From a virus (lineage: Duplodnaviria; Caudoviricetes), in the IMG/VR virus record IMGVR_UViG_3300022670_001836, positions 1 through 64,000 of that record: DNA of 64,000 nt. One strand, given 5' to 3'. The translations under genes were made by a program, and so were the position numbers. Below are positions 28,017-37,899 of the stretch, one piece after another (positions within the stretch are counted from its first letter, which is position 1; each line of letters starts with the position of its first letter). The notes under the pieces are model-generated. The model did no database searches. It was given only the letters and a program-made list of their open reading frames with translations, and had not been told where the DNA came from.

Positions 28017-28672
28017 CCTCCCCAATTTGATAGGGCTAGAATTTCAGGGGTTGATAATTGCCTATCGTAAACCCTTATGTCATCAAATATATTTCCAGAA
28101 AAAACGTCATCAACTTTACTCCTACCAATCGTAGCGTCGCCGTCTAAAATCGTATTAAGAGTTACAGGAGCACCCTCTTTTGTAGAAACAGTTAAAGGTG
28201 AGCCGTCTAAATATATCAAAATATCATCCGTCATAGTCGAGCCGTTAGGAACTACAAAGGCTCCGTGCCTGAATAATACAGTACCTAAACCTAGTCCATC
28301 AGCACCCCATCTATGACCGTTAAACCGCACTTCCAACGCGTCATCATTAGCGGTTATTTCAAATGCGTTTCCAGTAAAGTCGAACCCGTAACGAAACGCC
28401 GCACGAATTCCGCCAGAAGCGGGTTGAAAAAAGAAAGTTATTGTTCGAGGATCAGCACCATCAGGTAGAGATGAATCCGCATTTGAAATGTCAATCTCCT
28501 GGTCAATTCCATTAAGATCAATTCCGTTTTTTAGAACTGCTGGCACCCTTGTAGGATTATTTATCAGTGTCCCATTGTTTCCAGCGATTCGATCTATGAC
28601 GACTGATCCCGAAGTCTCATTAAGAGGTAAGTGTAATATTAAGCCTTGCTCTGACCACGGTTTAACTTTCAT
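28013..28672 (-). CDS. LamG/concanavalin-A-like virion protein
   Basis: LILHLPLNETSGSVVID...NNGTL; FDDIRVYDRQLSTPEI. Confidence 0.9.
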   Translation of the reverse strand: MKVKPWSEQGLILHLPLNETSGSVVIDRIAGNNGTLINNPTRVPAVLKNGIDLNGIDQEIDISNADSSLPDGADPRTITFFFQPASGGIRAAFRYGFDFTGNAFEITANDDALEVRFNGHRWGADGLGLGTVLFRHGAFVVPNGSTMTDDILIYLDGSPLTVSTKEGAPVTLNTILDGDATIGRSKVDDVFSGNIFDDIRVYDRQLSTPEILALSNWGG

Positions 28673-30543
28673 TACGCTGTGAAATTCGGGGTCAGAACGG
28701 CGCTTAAATGTGTGCCGTCATATTTCAAATACAACTCAGCATAAGTGCCCGCGCCATTGGCGATACTCACTGCCACGTCACCTTGAAATTTAAAAATTGA
28801 ATCGAATGATGTAATATCATGGTTCCCCAAACCATCTTTATTTATTTTTACAAATATTTCAGTTCCAGCTACCAGATTTATAGGCAGTCCAAAAGTTCTG
28901 TCAGCAGTGAGGGTAACTTGTTGATGCCTTTTTGAACCGTCCACAATAATAGCTGCTTGATCTGTGATCGTGGCGACATCTGATTGCAACTGATTCTCTT
29001 TCAAATTAAGAGGCTTCAAAAAATCAATCAGAGCCTTCCCAAATCTCGCAACGATTTCATCTTCTGCGCCAATCGCCCAAGCTGTGCCAGTGGTCAGGGT
29101 TCCTAATAAAAAGTCATCGGCTATGGTTCCAGTATAAGGACTACCATCTGGGTCACTGCCTGTCACGCCGATCTGCCCTATAATTGAGAGAACCGTTACG
29201 CCGTCACCAGCAAATATAATACGTGGAACATGTTCTTCGTCAACATTGTCTGTATCTGCGTTGAGTGCAAGCCTGACACCTTTTGTTGATACGTACTCAA
29301 TTTCATACTGATCATTAAGATTTTTCTCGGTATGAAACCCTTCGGTTGGATGTACCTCAAAAAAGAAGTTAAGAGGCGCAAGTAGACGTCCATTTCCTAG
29401 AATTTGCAGCGTTGTGTTGTTTGCTAAATCTTTAAACTCTAATACTGGATCTAAATTTAGTGTCCTAGCGGTTTGAAGTGTTATAGCGCCAGTAACATCG
29501 TCAATCGTAAACTCTGGGTCAGATGAATTTTTATAAGCCGACTGAAGCGTAACAACGCCGACAGCACCACCTAACCTTCTATTAAGAATTGCGGCTTGAG
29601 CGCGATTGTCAAAATCACTAGCATCATTGCCAATAACAATTTGAGCCAATAAGATCGCTCCATCGATACCAACAGCAAAATCGAAATTTGCGAGATCGGT
29701 ATCGGCAGCTGCTAGTGCCTCGGATGCATTTGCATACTCAGTCTGTCCCATCTGCAAGATATTGAGAGTCCCGAAGGCAAAGAGATAATGAATTGTGGCT
29801 TGCGTCCCAGTTAAGGCTGTCGGCACACCAGCAACATCTCTTTCTTTAGGGAAGGTTGCTACCGCCGAACTATCGATTGTTTCATCACTCAAAATGACAT
29901 CGAATAACAAAGGCGTTGACGCGTTGCCATCAGCAGGAATCGGAACAATATTTGGATCTTTGACATTTGAAAAATGATTGCCGCCCTGAGCGAAAAATAA
30001 CCCCGCATTTCTGAAAGCTTGCAATTGTGCCGTGACAGGACCTATCAGAGCACCTATGAGTTTGGCACTATCAGGCAAAAAATCAACAAAGTCATTCAAC
30101 ACAGTGCCGATTGATTGAAGCATTCTGGGCGTTAATACAATTTCGGTCACCACGCCGGCTTCAAACTCTACCGTGCATAAGAGAATGTTGTCTCTCAATT
30201 GTGTCGGGGTGAGCGGAGTTGATTGTTGCTGTATCGTTCCCGTGACATCCACAAAGATGTATTGGAAGCCGATAGCAGTGGGCATCGTTATGGTAAAGAT
30301 TGGGTCAGCCGACCAAATAACATTGACTCGTGATACATTTGCCGGATCGGTGGTGGAATCAGACACAACGCCTGTGCCAGCCGTCACATTGATCTGAGTG
30401 GCCGATGCAATGGTGGCACCCGCCCAAGCGGAAACACCGGTGATAATGGTCTCTCTCGCAGCCAAATCCTCCGCAAGACCAGGCACTTCAGAAATATCCT
30501 GAATCGCCTCTTCCAACTGCTCTTTTGTGAACTTAACTACCAT
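28672..30543 (-). CDS. Tail fibre/virion structural protein
   Basis: Acidic, beta-rich; C-terminal VTLTADRTFGLPINLVAG fibre-type domain. Confidence 0.7.
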   Translation of the reverse strand: MVVKFTKEQLEEAIQDISEVPGLAEDLAARETIITGVSAWAGATIASATQINVTAGTGVVSDSTTDPANVSRVNVIWSADPIFTITMPTAIGFQYIFVDVTGTIQQQSTPLTPTQLRDNILLCTVEFEAGVVTEIVLTPRMLQSIGTVLNDFVDFLPDSAKLIGALIGPVTAQLQAFRNAGLFFAQGGNHFSNVKDPNIVPIPADGNASTPLLFDVILSDETIDSSAVATFPKERDVAGVPTALTGTQATIHYLFAFGTLNILQMGQTEYANASEALAAADTDLANFDFAVGIDGAILLAQIVIGNDASDFDNRAQAAILNRRLGGAVGVVTLQSAYKNSSDPEFTIDDVTGAITLQTARTLNLDPVLEFKDLANNTTLQILGNGRLLAPLNFFFEVHPTEGFHTEKNLNDQYEIEYVSTKGVRLALNADTDNVDEEHVPRIIFAGDGVTVLSIIGQIGVTGSDPDGSPYTGTIADDFLLGTLTTGTAWAIGAEDEIVARFGKALIDFLKPLNLKENQLQSDVATITDQAAIIVDGSKRHQQVTLTADRTFGLPINLVAGTEIFVKINKDGLGNHDITSFDSIFKFQGDVAVSIANGAGTYAELYLKYDGTHLSAVLTPNFTA

Positions 30544-30544
30544 C

Positions 30545-31600
30545 TCAACTCCTCGTCAACAATTCGTTCAAATAATCACCCATCTTGAAAGGCGAAGTCA
30601 GGGTGTTTGCTTTGAACAGCGCCGGGTCTGAATTGCTCCAAAGATTTAATTTGTTGATAAGGTCTGCCGACAAAACCGTTGAAAACGGAGGTGAACCCAT
30701 TGCCTCATTCAAGATATCTCCCAACATGAACGGCGTTAAGGGCGTGATGTCCGCCAAGCTGGGGTCGTGAAACCGCCAATCGTTTAAATCTTTGATTTGT
30801 TTGCTGGTCAAGATCTGGCCGCTCGTGGCGGCATCAGCCAGAACCGTGCCGAGTTCAAAAGGATCTGTTAAGGTGTTCGCAAAATCTAGTGCGGGGTCAG
30901 ATTCGTCCCATTCATTGAGTAGGCCGCTCGTTTCATCGGGTAGTGAAATAGGAAGAGGTTCAGGGGCTGGAACACATGCCACCCAATCGTTAAAGTCATC
31001 CAAGGCCTCGGCGGCGCTGAAAAAGGTGTCGTGTACTTCAATGCGTTCTTCTTTGGTATTTGAAAAACTCGCGCTCAAATTTACCTGCGCCCCCAATGCC
31101 GTACGCCCACCAACCAGCACTGAAGAAAACCCGGCACCCGAAACAGAGTTTTGAACGGAATAAGAAACCTCGACACCGTTTAAGTAAATCGCAATCACCC
31201 CCACTTTGACGGTTATTAGAATCCGTTTCCAAACACTATTGGCCCCAAATCCTGTGGAAGATGTGGAGAGGAGGGTGTCCGAAACCCCCGAGTGTGCGGC
31301 AGCTGTAAAGAATTGGCTATTAGTTGACAGAAAAAAGCGGAATGCGTTTTCAATGGGAGAAACCACCGCCTGTTGAATGATAAAGTTAGTTCCGCCTGTG
31401 TCAGATGGTTTAAATAAACCTATGGCAACCGTGTATTCTGTAAGTCCTATCGGAATAATACCGGTCTCCATATAAATAACGTTGTTGTTGGTATCACCTT
31501 CAAAGGCGACCCCTGGGTCACAAGAACCATCGCCGTAAGTGGGATCGCCTGATTCTAGCCATCCGTCAGATAAATCATCATCTCGAAATACTGAACTCAT
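30545..31600 (-). CDS. LamG-like domain plus three LNxW..xDPxL repeats, virion protein
   Basis: IYLNGVEV LamG-like core; three C-terminal repeats. Confidence 0.7.
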   Translation of the reverse strand: MSSVFRDDDLSDGWLESGDPTYGDGSCDPGVAFEGDTNNNVIYMETGIIPIGLTEYTVAIGLFKPSDTGGTNFIIQQAVVSPIENAFRFFLSTNSQFFTAAAHSGVSDTLLSTSSTGFGANSVWKRILITVKVGVIAIYLNGVEVSYSVQNSVSGAGFSSVLVGGRTALGAQVNLSASFSNTKEERIEVHDTFFSAAEALDDFNDWVACVPAPEPLPISLPDETSGLLNEWDESDPALDFANTLTDPFELGTVLADAATSGQILTSKQIKDLNDWRFHDPSLADITPLTPFMLGDILNEAMGSPPFSTVLSADLINKLNLWSNSDPALFKANTLTSPFKMGDYLNELLTRS

Positions 31601-31603
31601 TTC

Positions 31604-31726
31604 TTACCCTTCCGCAGCAATGTAAAAAGTTTTGGTTAGCGCCACCGAAAGGTTTATCCGAATCCAAATAGGAAAGGTGGAGAATTCTCCCCACTTAATG
31701 TCGCCTTTTGTCAATGCGTCATTCAT
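31604..31726 (-). CDS. Small hypothetical protein (40 aa)
   Basis: TAATG coupling; MNDALTKGDIKWGEFSTFPIWIRINLSVALTKTFYIAAEG. Confidence 0.4.
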   Translation of the reverse strand: MNDALTKGDIKWGEFSTFPIWIRINLSVALTKTFYIAAEG

Positions 31727-32094
31727 TAGACAGGTCTTGTGATAATCAAATCAAAAGTGCCGTCACCGTTTGAAGGCGTGGCATCGGGTGTGACAGTGAC
31801 TTCACCATCTGCCGTAACCACAGCTGCCAATGCAGTGGCGGTTGTGCCACCTGTATCGGGCAATGTGATGACTGCCGTCACGAGATCGCCCAACAAAACA
31901 TTGGGAATCGAACTCACCACCGTGGTGGCAGCCGAAGCGAGAACTTCATCTTTGATAATCTGAGTGGAAAGCGCTCTTTGAAGCAAGTCGCCCACGTTCA
32001 GCGCATTAACGCCGGCCAGAGTTCCTTTTTTCAATGCTGGGTCTGACAAAGACCAATCGTTGAGTGCGTCTATTTGTATTTGTGTGAGTGACAT
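31726..32094 (-). CDS. Virion (decoration-like) protein with one LNDWSLSDPAL module
   Basis: AAGGGGG RBS; beta-sandwich-like C-terminus. Confidence 0.7.
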   Translation of the reverse strand: MSLTQIQIDALNDWSLSDPALKKGTLAGVNALNVGDLLQRALSTQIIKDEVLASAATTVVSSIPNVLLGDLVTAVITLPDTGGTTATALAAVVTADGEVTVTPDATPSNGDGTFDLIITRPV

Positions 32095-32195
32095 GGTATC
32101 CCCCTTAAAGGTTTGGTTTTTTGGTTGTTCAATCGGGGGGAAGCGATTGAGGGTTAGTTTTTATTTATTTCATTTTTAAAAATCCGCTAAATGTC

Positions 32196-33338
32196 TCATG
32201 TGACCCTCCGAATTGTGATCTTTGCGGAGGGATTCGTCGTCGGCGATGTGCCGGTTGGCCCAGGTGTAATATCAACGCTCGTCGCAGAACCTTCACATTC
32301 AATGGTCAGGTCTTGACCCGAAACGCCATTGAATAAAAAAGCACTTGTCAATTCTCTGATATCACCACTGTCATTTAGGCCGATTGAACCAAAACTTCCA
32401 GCTATTTCAGTTCCATTGAACAAAGCCCGAATACCTATAGTTTCAGCACTTCCTCCAGATGTCTTTCTCGCGTTGCATGAGATTATGACTTCGAATACTC
32501 CCGTTTGGTTGCAGGCGAAAATATTGGTATTTGCCGTGTGCGTCCAACCATCGAGAATGCTATTGTCGCTGAAGGTAAAGTCTTGAAAAGTATCGGCACT
32601 ACTGATTGCTTGCGTGGTCGTGTCATAGGCATTTAGATAATTATTATTGAGTGATCCACCACCCCCAGGCGCGAGGGCTGCGATTGCATCAGCTACTCTT
32701 TCGGCAGTCCAGCGTCGAACAGTGGTACTTGTGCCCGCCTCCGCTTCGACTTGTGTGATAACAGTAACCTGATTGCCGTAAGCCGTTTCGATTTCGGCAT
32801 CGCTCTGATCTGCGGTCGCGTTCGTTTCGATGCCTGTGAGTTTGGTTCTTTCGGTATCTGAGAAAATCTTGCCAGTGCCGGTTTCCGACAAATCATCCAT
32901 GTCAAGAAGAACAACACCTGTTTTACCTGCCACTGAGCTTACAGCATCGCCACTTTCCAGTGCGGCGATCGCCTGCGCGACCCTTTCAGCTGTCCAACGT
33001 CTGACCGTGGTACTACTTCCCGCTTCAGCCTCGGCCTGCGAGATAACTGAGACTTCATTGTTATAGCTCGTTTCAATTTCAGAGTCGCTTGGGTTCACGT
33101 CTGCGAGAGCCTCAATTGCATTGAGCTTGCTCAGCAAGGTATCTGTTAGATTGTTGGTATCCAATTCAGCAAAAAGTAAAGACTTTACCTCATCACCCGC
33201 CATTGGTGGCCCACCATTGACGCGAAACAACCCTGCATTCGTCAGCGTGATTTCATATTTCGAAAGAAGATCAGGGCTCATAATAAAGAGCAAAGGCCCT
33301 TTTGTAGGATGACATACAATTTGCGGTTCGCCAGCCAT
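32196..33338 (-). CDS. Fibre protein with two EAEAG..TTVRRWTAERVA repeats and C1q/BclA-like tip
   Basis: Repeats visible; paralogous to 33338-35170. Confidence 0.8.
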   Translation of the reverse strand: MAGEPQIVCHPTKGPLLFIMSPDLLSKYEITLTNAGLFRVNGGPPMAGDEVKSLLFAELDTNNLTDTLLSKLNAIEALADVNPSDSEIETSYNNEVSVISQAEAEAGSSTTVRRWTAERVAQAIAALESGDAVSSVAGKTGVVLLDMDDLSETGTGKIFSDTERTKLTGIETNATADQSDAEIETAYGNQVTVITQVEAEAGTSTTVRRWTAERVADAIAALAPGGGGSLNNNYLNAYDTTTQAISSADTFQDFTFSDNSILDGWTHTANTNIFACNQTGVFEVIISCNARKTSGGSAETIGIRALFNGTEIAGSFGSIGLNDSGDIRELTSAFLFNGVSGQDLTIECEGSATSVDITPGPTGTSPTTNPSAKITIRRVT

Positions 33339-35170
33339 TATGAAATTCTCCTTATTGTGATGGTTCCTGATATTGCTGTCACAACACTTCCAGCTGTGGG
33401 GCCAGGTTGAATGTTGTTATTGTTGTCATCTTCTGCGGCCCACTGTATTTTGAGATCTTGTGATGCTGTTCCGTTGAACATGAAATTTCTATCAAGCGGA
33501 AACGCAGAGTTTTTGTGAACTACGTCAACGCCTCGATGGGAACCGGCAATCTCGACTCCATTGAATAGAGCCTTCATGTTTATCTCTGTGTTACCGTTAC
33601 TACCTGAATCAACACTCAGTTCGATTTTGCATTCATAAACACCCGTGACAGGGCAGGTAAATAACGCTGATCCGCCAGTATGAGTCCAACCGTTTAAAGG
33701 CCCGTTTGTTGAAAAGGTCACATCTTGAAAGGTATTAGCGGTAACGATTACCTGTGTGCTAGTGTCATAGGCAAAAATGAAATCGGTACCCCCCCCGCCA
33801 CCTCCGCCCGTTTCCAAAGCAGCAATAGCCTGCGCAACTCTTTCGGCAGTCCAGCGTCTAACAGTGGTGCTTGTGCCGGCTTCAGCCTCAGCCTGAGAAA
33901 CAACTGATACCTGGTTGTTGTAAGCGGTTTCAATCTCACTGTCTGATTGATCGGCCGTAGCCCCTGTTTCAATACCATCAAGTTTTGTTTTGTCGGCTGA
34001 AGATAAAAGACCGCCAACCGAAGTGGTTGCTGAAGGTATTGGATCACTGCCATCTGATAAATGCTCAATACCATGATCAGGGAGATCATCTTTGTCGATG
34101 AAGGTGATTAAAATTTCTTGACTGTCAGAAATGTTCGCACCTGATGCTGAAACGTTTGTAACGCCAAAAGTAAAAAAAGTTGTGTTGTCTGTGATGCTAG
34201 CCACACGAAAGACTTGAGACGCCGTTATGTCATTTATTGGCTGAAGCCTAATCCGCGAACCAATTTCTAATTGGTTGAAAAATGAACTTAGATCTACGCC
34301 GTCTGAATCTTCATTGTCTATAAAAAGTTCAGTGGCTGATGATTGCGTTGTGTTATTCCATTCAATGCTCTTATCAGCAGGTGGTGCCGTTTGATCTGAG
34401 ACATCGGCAAACCAAATAGAAGAATTGTTAGGACCAACGATTTCTATTATTTCTAATATTGAGGCTGCCGCTATAGCAACAACGGCCTGACCCACTCTCT
34501 CGGCAGTCCATCGTGTTACTGTGGTATCCGTGCCTGCTTCAGCATCAACCTGTGTGACAACAGCCACTTGATTGTTATAACCCGTTTCAATTTCAGAATC
34601 TGTTTGATCTGCTGTCGCCCCAGATTCAATACCATCGAGTTTTGTTTTATCGGCAGCCGACATACTCCCGCCAACAGAAGTTGTGGCCGAAGGTATAGGG
34701 TCGTCGCCGTCTGAGAGGTGTTCAATACCGTGATCTGGCACATCTGCTGGAGAAATAAAAGTAATTGCCACATCTTCGCCATCAGCGATATTGCCGCCAG
34801 TGGAATATTCGAGTGTGACGCCAAAAGTGAAATAGGTCGTATTGTCGGTGGTACTTGTGACCTCAAAAACTTGAACCACGGCAGGGTTATTGGCAAGTTG
34901 CAATCTTATTTGTGAACCAACGGTGACCTGGTTGAGAAAAGCGGTCAGATCAACGCCATTTTTATCGTTGTCATCAATGAAGAGTTCAGTAGCCGATGAC
35001 TGGGTTATGTTATTCCACTCAATCCCCATATCAATAGGGGGCGCCGTTTGATCTGAAACATCGGCCAACCAAACAGAAGCGTTGTGCGCACCCCCACCAG
35101 AAAGTGCCACAGCAGCCGCAATGATGTTTTCGGCGTTCTCAATATTGATTTGAGTACTAATTGCCACCAT
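33338..35170 (-). CDS. Fibre protein with ~200-aa tandem duplication and C1q/BclA-like tip
   Basis: Two copies of DVSDQTAPP...DHGIEHLSDG...DKTKLDGIE...WTAERV. Confidence 0.8.
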   Translation of the reverse strand: MVAISTQINIENAENIIAAAVALSGGGAHNASVWLADVSDQTAPPIDMGIEWNNITQSSATELFIDDNDKNGVDLTAFLNQVTVGSQIRLQLANNPAVVQVFEVTSTTDNTTYFTFGVTLEYSTGGNIADGEDVAITFISPADVPDHGIEHLSDGDDPIPSATTSVGGSMSAADKTKLDGIESGATADQTDSEIETGYNNQVAVVTQVDAEAGTDTTVTRWTAERVGQAVVAIAAASILEIIEIVGPNNSSIWFADVSDQTAPPADKSIEWNNTTQSSATELFIDNEDSDGVDLSSFFNQLEIGSRIRLQPINDITASQVFRVASITDNTTFFTFGVTNVSASGANISDSQEILITFIDKDDLPDHGIEHLSDGSDPIPSATTSVGGLLSSADKTKLDGIETGATADQSDSEIETAYNNQVSVVSQAEAEAGTSTTVRRWTAERVAQAIAALETGGGGGGGTDFIFAYDTSTQVIVTANTFQDVTFSTNGPLNGWTHTGGSALFTCPVTGVYECKIELSVDSGSNGNTEINMKALFNGVEIAGSHRGVDVVHKNSAFPLDRNFMFNGTASQDLKIQWAAEDDNNNNIQPGPTAGSVVTAISGTITIRRIS

Positions 35171-35176
35171 TCACCC

Positions 35177-35425
35177 CTATTCCACGATACTTTGAAGATA
35201 TTCAAGCATTGTTTTTAACGTGCCCGCTTCGGCTGAAGCGTCAAGCGCGCTCAGAGCAATAAGTTTTGGCGAGTCTGTCACCCTGGCTTTTATTTCAGCA
35301 ATGAGCGCGGCTTGCGGCTCGTCGAATTCTTCCACCGTTTGACCTGCTCCGGCGACTAAATCAATGAACCCCGCTTCAAGCGCGTTGCCACTTCCATCTT
35401 TCAAAACTTTCCATTTGAGAGGCAT
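35177..35425 (-). CDS. Small protein, possible fibre chaperone
   Basis: Position and coupling. Confidence 0.55.
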   Translation of the reverse strand: MPLKWKVLKDGSGNALEAGFIDLVAGAGQTVEEFDEPQAALIAEIKARVTDSPKLIALSALDASAEAGTLKTMLEYLQSIVE

Positions 35426-37890
35426 CAGCTATCCTCCTCCCACTTCTCAACCCAACCATCGACATCAATATCAATACTGGTCGCGCCTTGACCTTTGAAA
35501 TCAATCTGTTGAACGGAATTGAGAGGAAGCTCTCCCCCGTAACCGGTTGCTTCACTATTGAAACTTGCCCAAGCGTGGCCGATCGCCGCACCTGAACCTG
35601 TCACCCGCCAATCCAGAGCACCAGAAGAGCCTCCGGTTTGAGTGTGTCCGTATAAAAGACCATGTCGAGAAGTAGGGGGAACAAAACTTGAACAATCTGC
35701 TGCCATAAAAGTAGTGTTCGTGGCACCTGTAACAATATTTTGAAGATCATCGAAAATAAAACGGTCAAGATCAAAGTCACCCACAATGAGATTACTGCTC
35801 CCATTATTGCGAGCCCACATCACTCTTCGATAATCATCGTGAGTGACGGGCAAAACTATTGAGCCGTCATAATTGGCCGCCGACACAAGCATGAGTTCAG
35901 GATCGTTCACACCGCTTGTGTCAATAAGGGCCACTACCGCATACCAGGTGTTGGCTGCTTCTGAGCCTTGATCCAATCCACCGACCCCGATAATCGTGAG
36001 GATGGCTGACTTGAGCGTAGCGAATGTGACCACTTTGCCCGAGAGAACACCTTTTACCGTCGCTCCTGCAGCCAGTGTTACTGTGGTTGTGGTGACAGCG
36101 ACAGCGATCTTTGACACAACGCGAGAAATCGCTTCTAACGCTATGGGCACGCCATCTAGCGCCAGTTCATCGTTATCTGTAAGGGTGAGCTTTCGTTGAG
36201 TGCCATTGGGCGCTTTAAAAAATGGTCCTTCGCCTGGTATAACGACGCCAAGGTCCTCAAGGGCCGCTCCGGTGGCTGAAATCTTGGTTCTCACAATCAC
36301 TCTGACTCTGTCAAGGACAGTGGGTGTGATACCCGTCGGTCCAAAAGTGATTTCGCTGACACCTGTTTTTGTGTAAGAATCTTTGTCTTGAATCACACCA
36401 CCCACAAAAACCATGGCATCCCCTGGCTGCCAGTTGGGGATGTTGAGCACATAAGGGCCCTTAGTACCATCACCCATCACAAATTCATCTGCGCCCTGTG
36501 TGACAACCAAAAAATCAACCAAACTTTGCCGAGGTATGAAAATCAGTGTCTCTTCAGCGGTGGTACCGGGAATGGATGGATTGACAATCGTTACCTGGGT
36601 GGGCGTAGAAAGAAAGTAGTCATCGCTTGGTGCATTGCCTTCAGAAAATAAAACCTGGCCGTTTCTAACCGCGATCAAATCATCTTCAGATCCAGAGGAA
36701 AAAGACAGATTAAAAATACTTTGAGGCGCACCAAAGAGTACGGTGAATCGATCAACCGGTGCGGCGATAATGGATGCGCCCCCACCGCCTTTGTTGAGCC
36801 AATGACGAATATCTTGAATATCATCTTGCGTGATGGTAACTGGCCCCGTACCATCGACCCGCACAATGGCCAAACCCATTCGATCAACGGCAATATCAGG
36901 AGCGTCAGCAAAAAGATCGAGGGTGGCCGTCACCACATCAGAGAAATTGGTGATATCAAGAACGCCCGAATCATCAACCTCGACAATATAAAGACGAGTG
37001 TTGGTCGCGACGCTGGCCGGAGCAAAAACCGCTGTACTTTGAGCGGGAACGTCCACCACCCGAAATCCGGTGGTAGAAATAATCAGACCTTCAGCCGCCA
37101 CCCTCACCGTATCATCCGGTGTTTCTTGACTAAGAATTTTTATTGCGGAAGGGTTAAAGGCCGGAACGCCGATGCCAGCTTGTTCGCCCCCAAGAGCCGA
37201 GGCTCTGATCTGAAGCCGAACATCTGTGAGGTCGCCGGCATTGATGGCATCTTGACCATCGAAGCGTTCCAAAGTCGCCAGTTTGATGGTGAAATGTTCG
37301 ATATTGTCACCATCAATAAAATCAGCCGGTGTCGTCGTGCCTTCAGCCACAAGAACCTGTGAGATCAATCTCAAACGGTCGGTTTTGCTTTGAGCCTCGC
37401 CATCGGGAACAAGAGGTGGGTCTTCAACGCCGGTGATACGTTTTAAGAAAATATCAAGGTAGACCTCATCGGTTCTGTCGCTGCCCGACGGTGTGGTCAA
37501 GGCGGTTGGTATGGGTATCAGGCTGGCATTGAGATCAGTATTTTGAGTGAGGTAGGTGGTCGTTGTCTCAATAATGACATGGTAACCGCGCAGATAAAAA
37601 TGGAAGGCGCCATCAGCCGTGCCATCCCCCCCACGAATGGTGAAATCGTTTGTTGCGCTGCTGCCTATAATATTGAAGGCATCGCCAATGGCGATATCGC
37701 CCATGATGCTTTGAATCAAACGACGGTTGGCATCAAGATCACCAAACCGCAGTTCATCGCGATCAGGCGAGAAAATGCCTTCACCTTGACGGTGCAAAGT
37801 GATCTGATACTTACGCAACTCATCGTAGTTGTCACCGGCGTAAACGCCGCCGCCCTGCCAGCCCGTGGGATATGCTTGTCTAGTTGGCAT
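35425..37890 (-). CDS. Tail fibre protein (baseplate-attachment N-terminus)
   Basis: N-terminal ~230 aa paralogous to 37900-39705; GGLDQGSEAANTWYAV fibre motif. Confidence 0.8.
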   Translation of the reverse strand: MPTRQAYPTGWQGGGVYAGDNYDELRKYQITLHRQGEGIFSPDRDELRFGDLDANRRLIQSIMGDIAIGDAFNIIGSSATNDFTIRGGDGTADGAFHFYLRGYHVIIETTTTYLTQNTDLNASLIPIPTALTTPSGSDRTDEVYLDIFLKRITGVEDPPLVPDGEAQSKTDRLRLISQVLVAEGTTTPADFIDGDNIEHFTIKLATLERFDGQDAINAGDLTDVRLQIRASALGGEQAGIGVPAFNPSAIKILSQETPDDTVRVAAEGLIISTTGFRVVDVPAQSTAVFAPASVATNTRLYIVEVDDSGVLDITNFSDVVTATLDLFADAPDIAVDRMGLAIVRVDGTGPVTITQDDIQDIRHWLNKGGGGASIIAAPVDRFTVLFGAPQSIFNLSFSSGSEDDLIAVRNGQVLFSEGNAPSDDYFLSTPTQVTIVNPSIPGTTAEETLIFIPRQSLVDFLVVTQGADEFVMGDGTKGPYVLNIPNWQPGDAMVFVGGVIQDKDSYTKTGVSEITFGPTGITPTVLDRVRVIVRTKISATGAALEDLGVVIPGEGPFFKAPNGTQRKLTLTDNDELALDGVPIALEAISRVVSKIAVAVTTTTVTLAAGATVKGVLSGKVVTFATLKSAILTIIGVGGLDQGSEAANTWYAVVALIDTSGVNDPELMLVSAANYDGSIVLPVTHDDYRRVMWARNNGSSNLIVGDFDLDRFIFDDLQNIVTGATNTTFMAADCSSFVPPTSRHGLLYGHTQTGGSSGALDWRVTGSGAAIGHAWASFNSEATGYGGELPLNSVQQIDFKGQGATSIDIDVDGWVEKWEEDS

Positions 37891-37899
37891 CAGAATACC

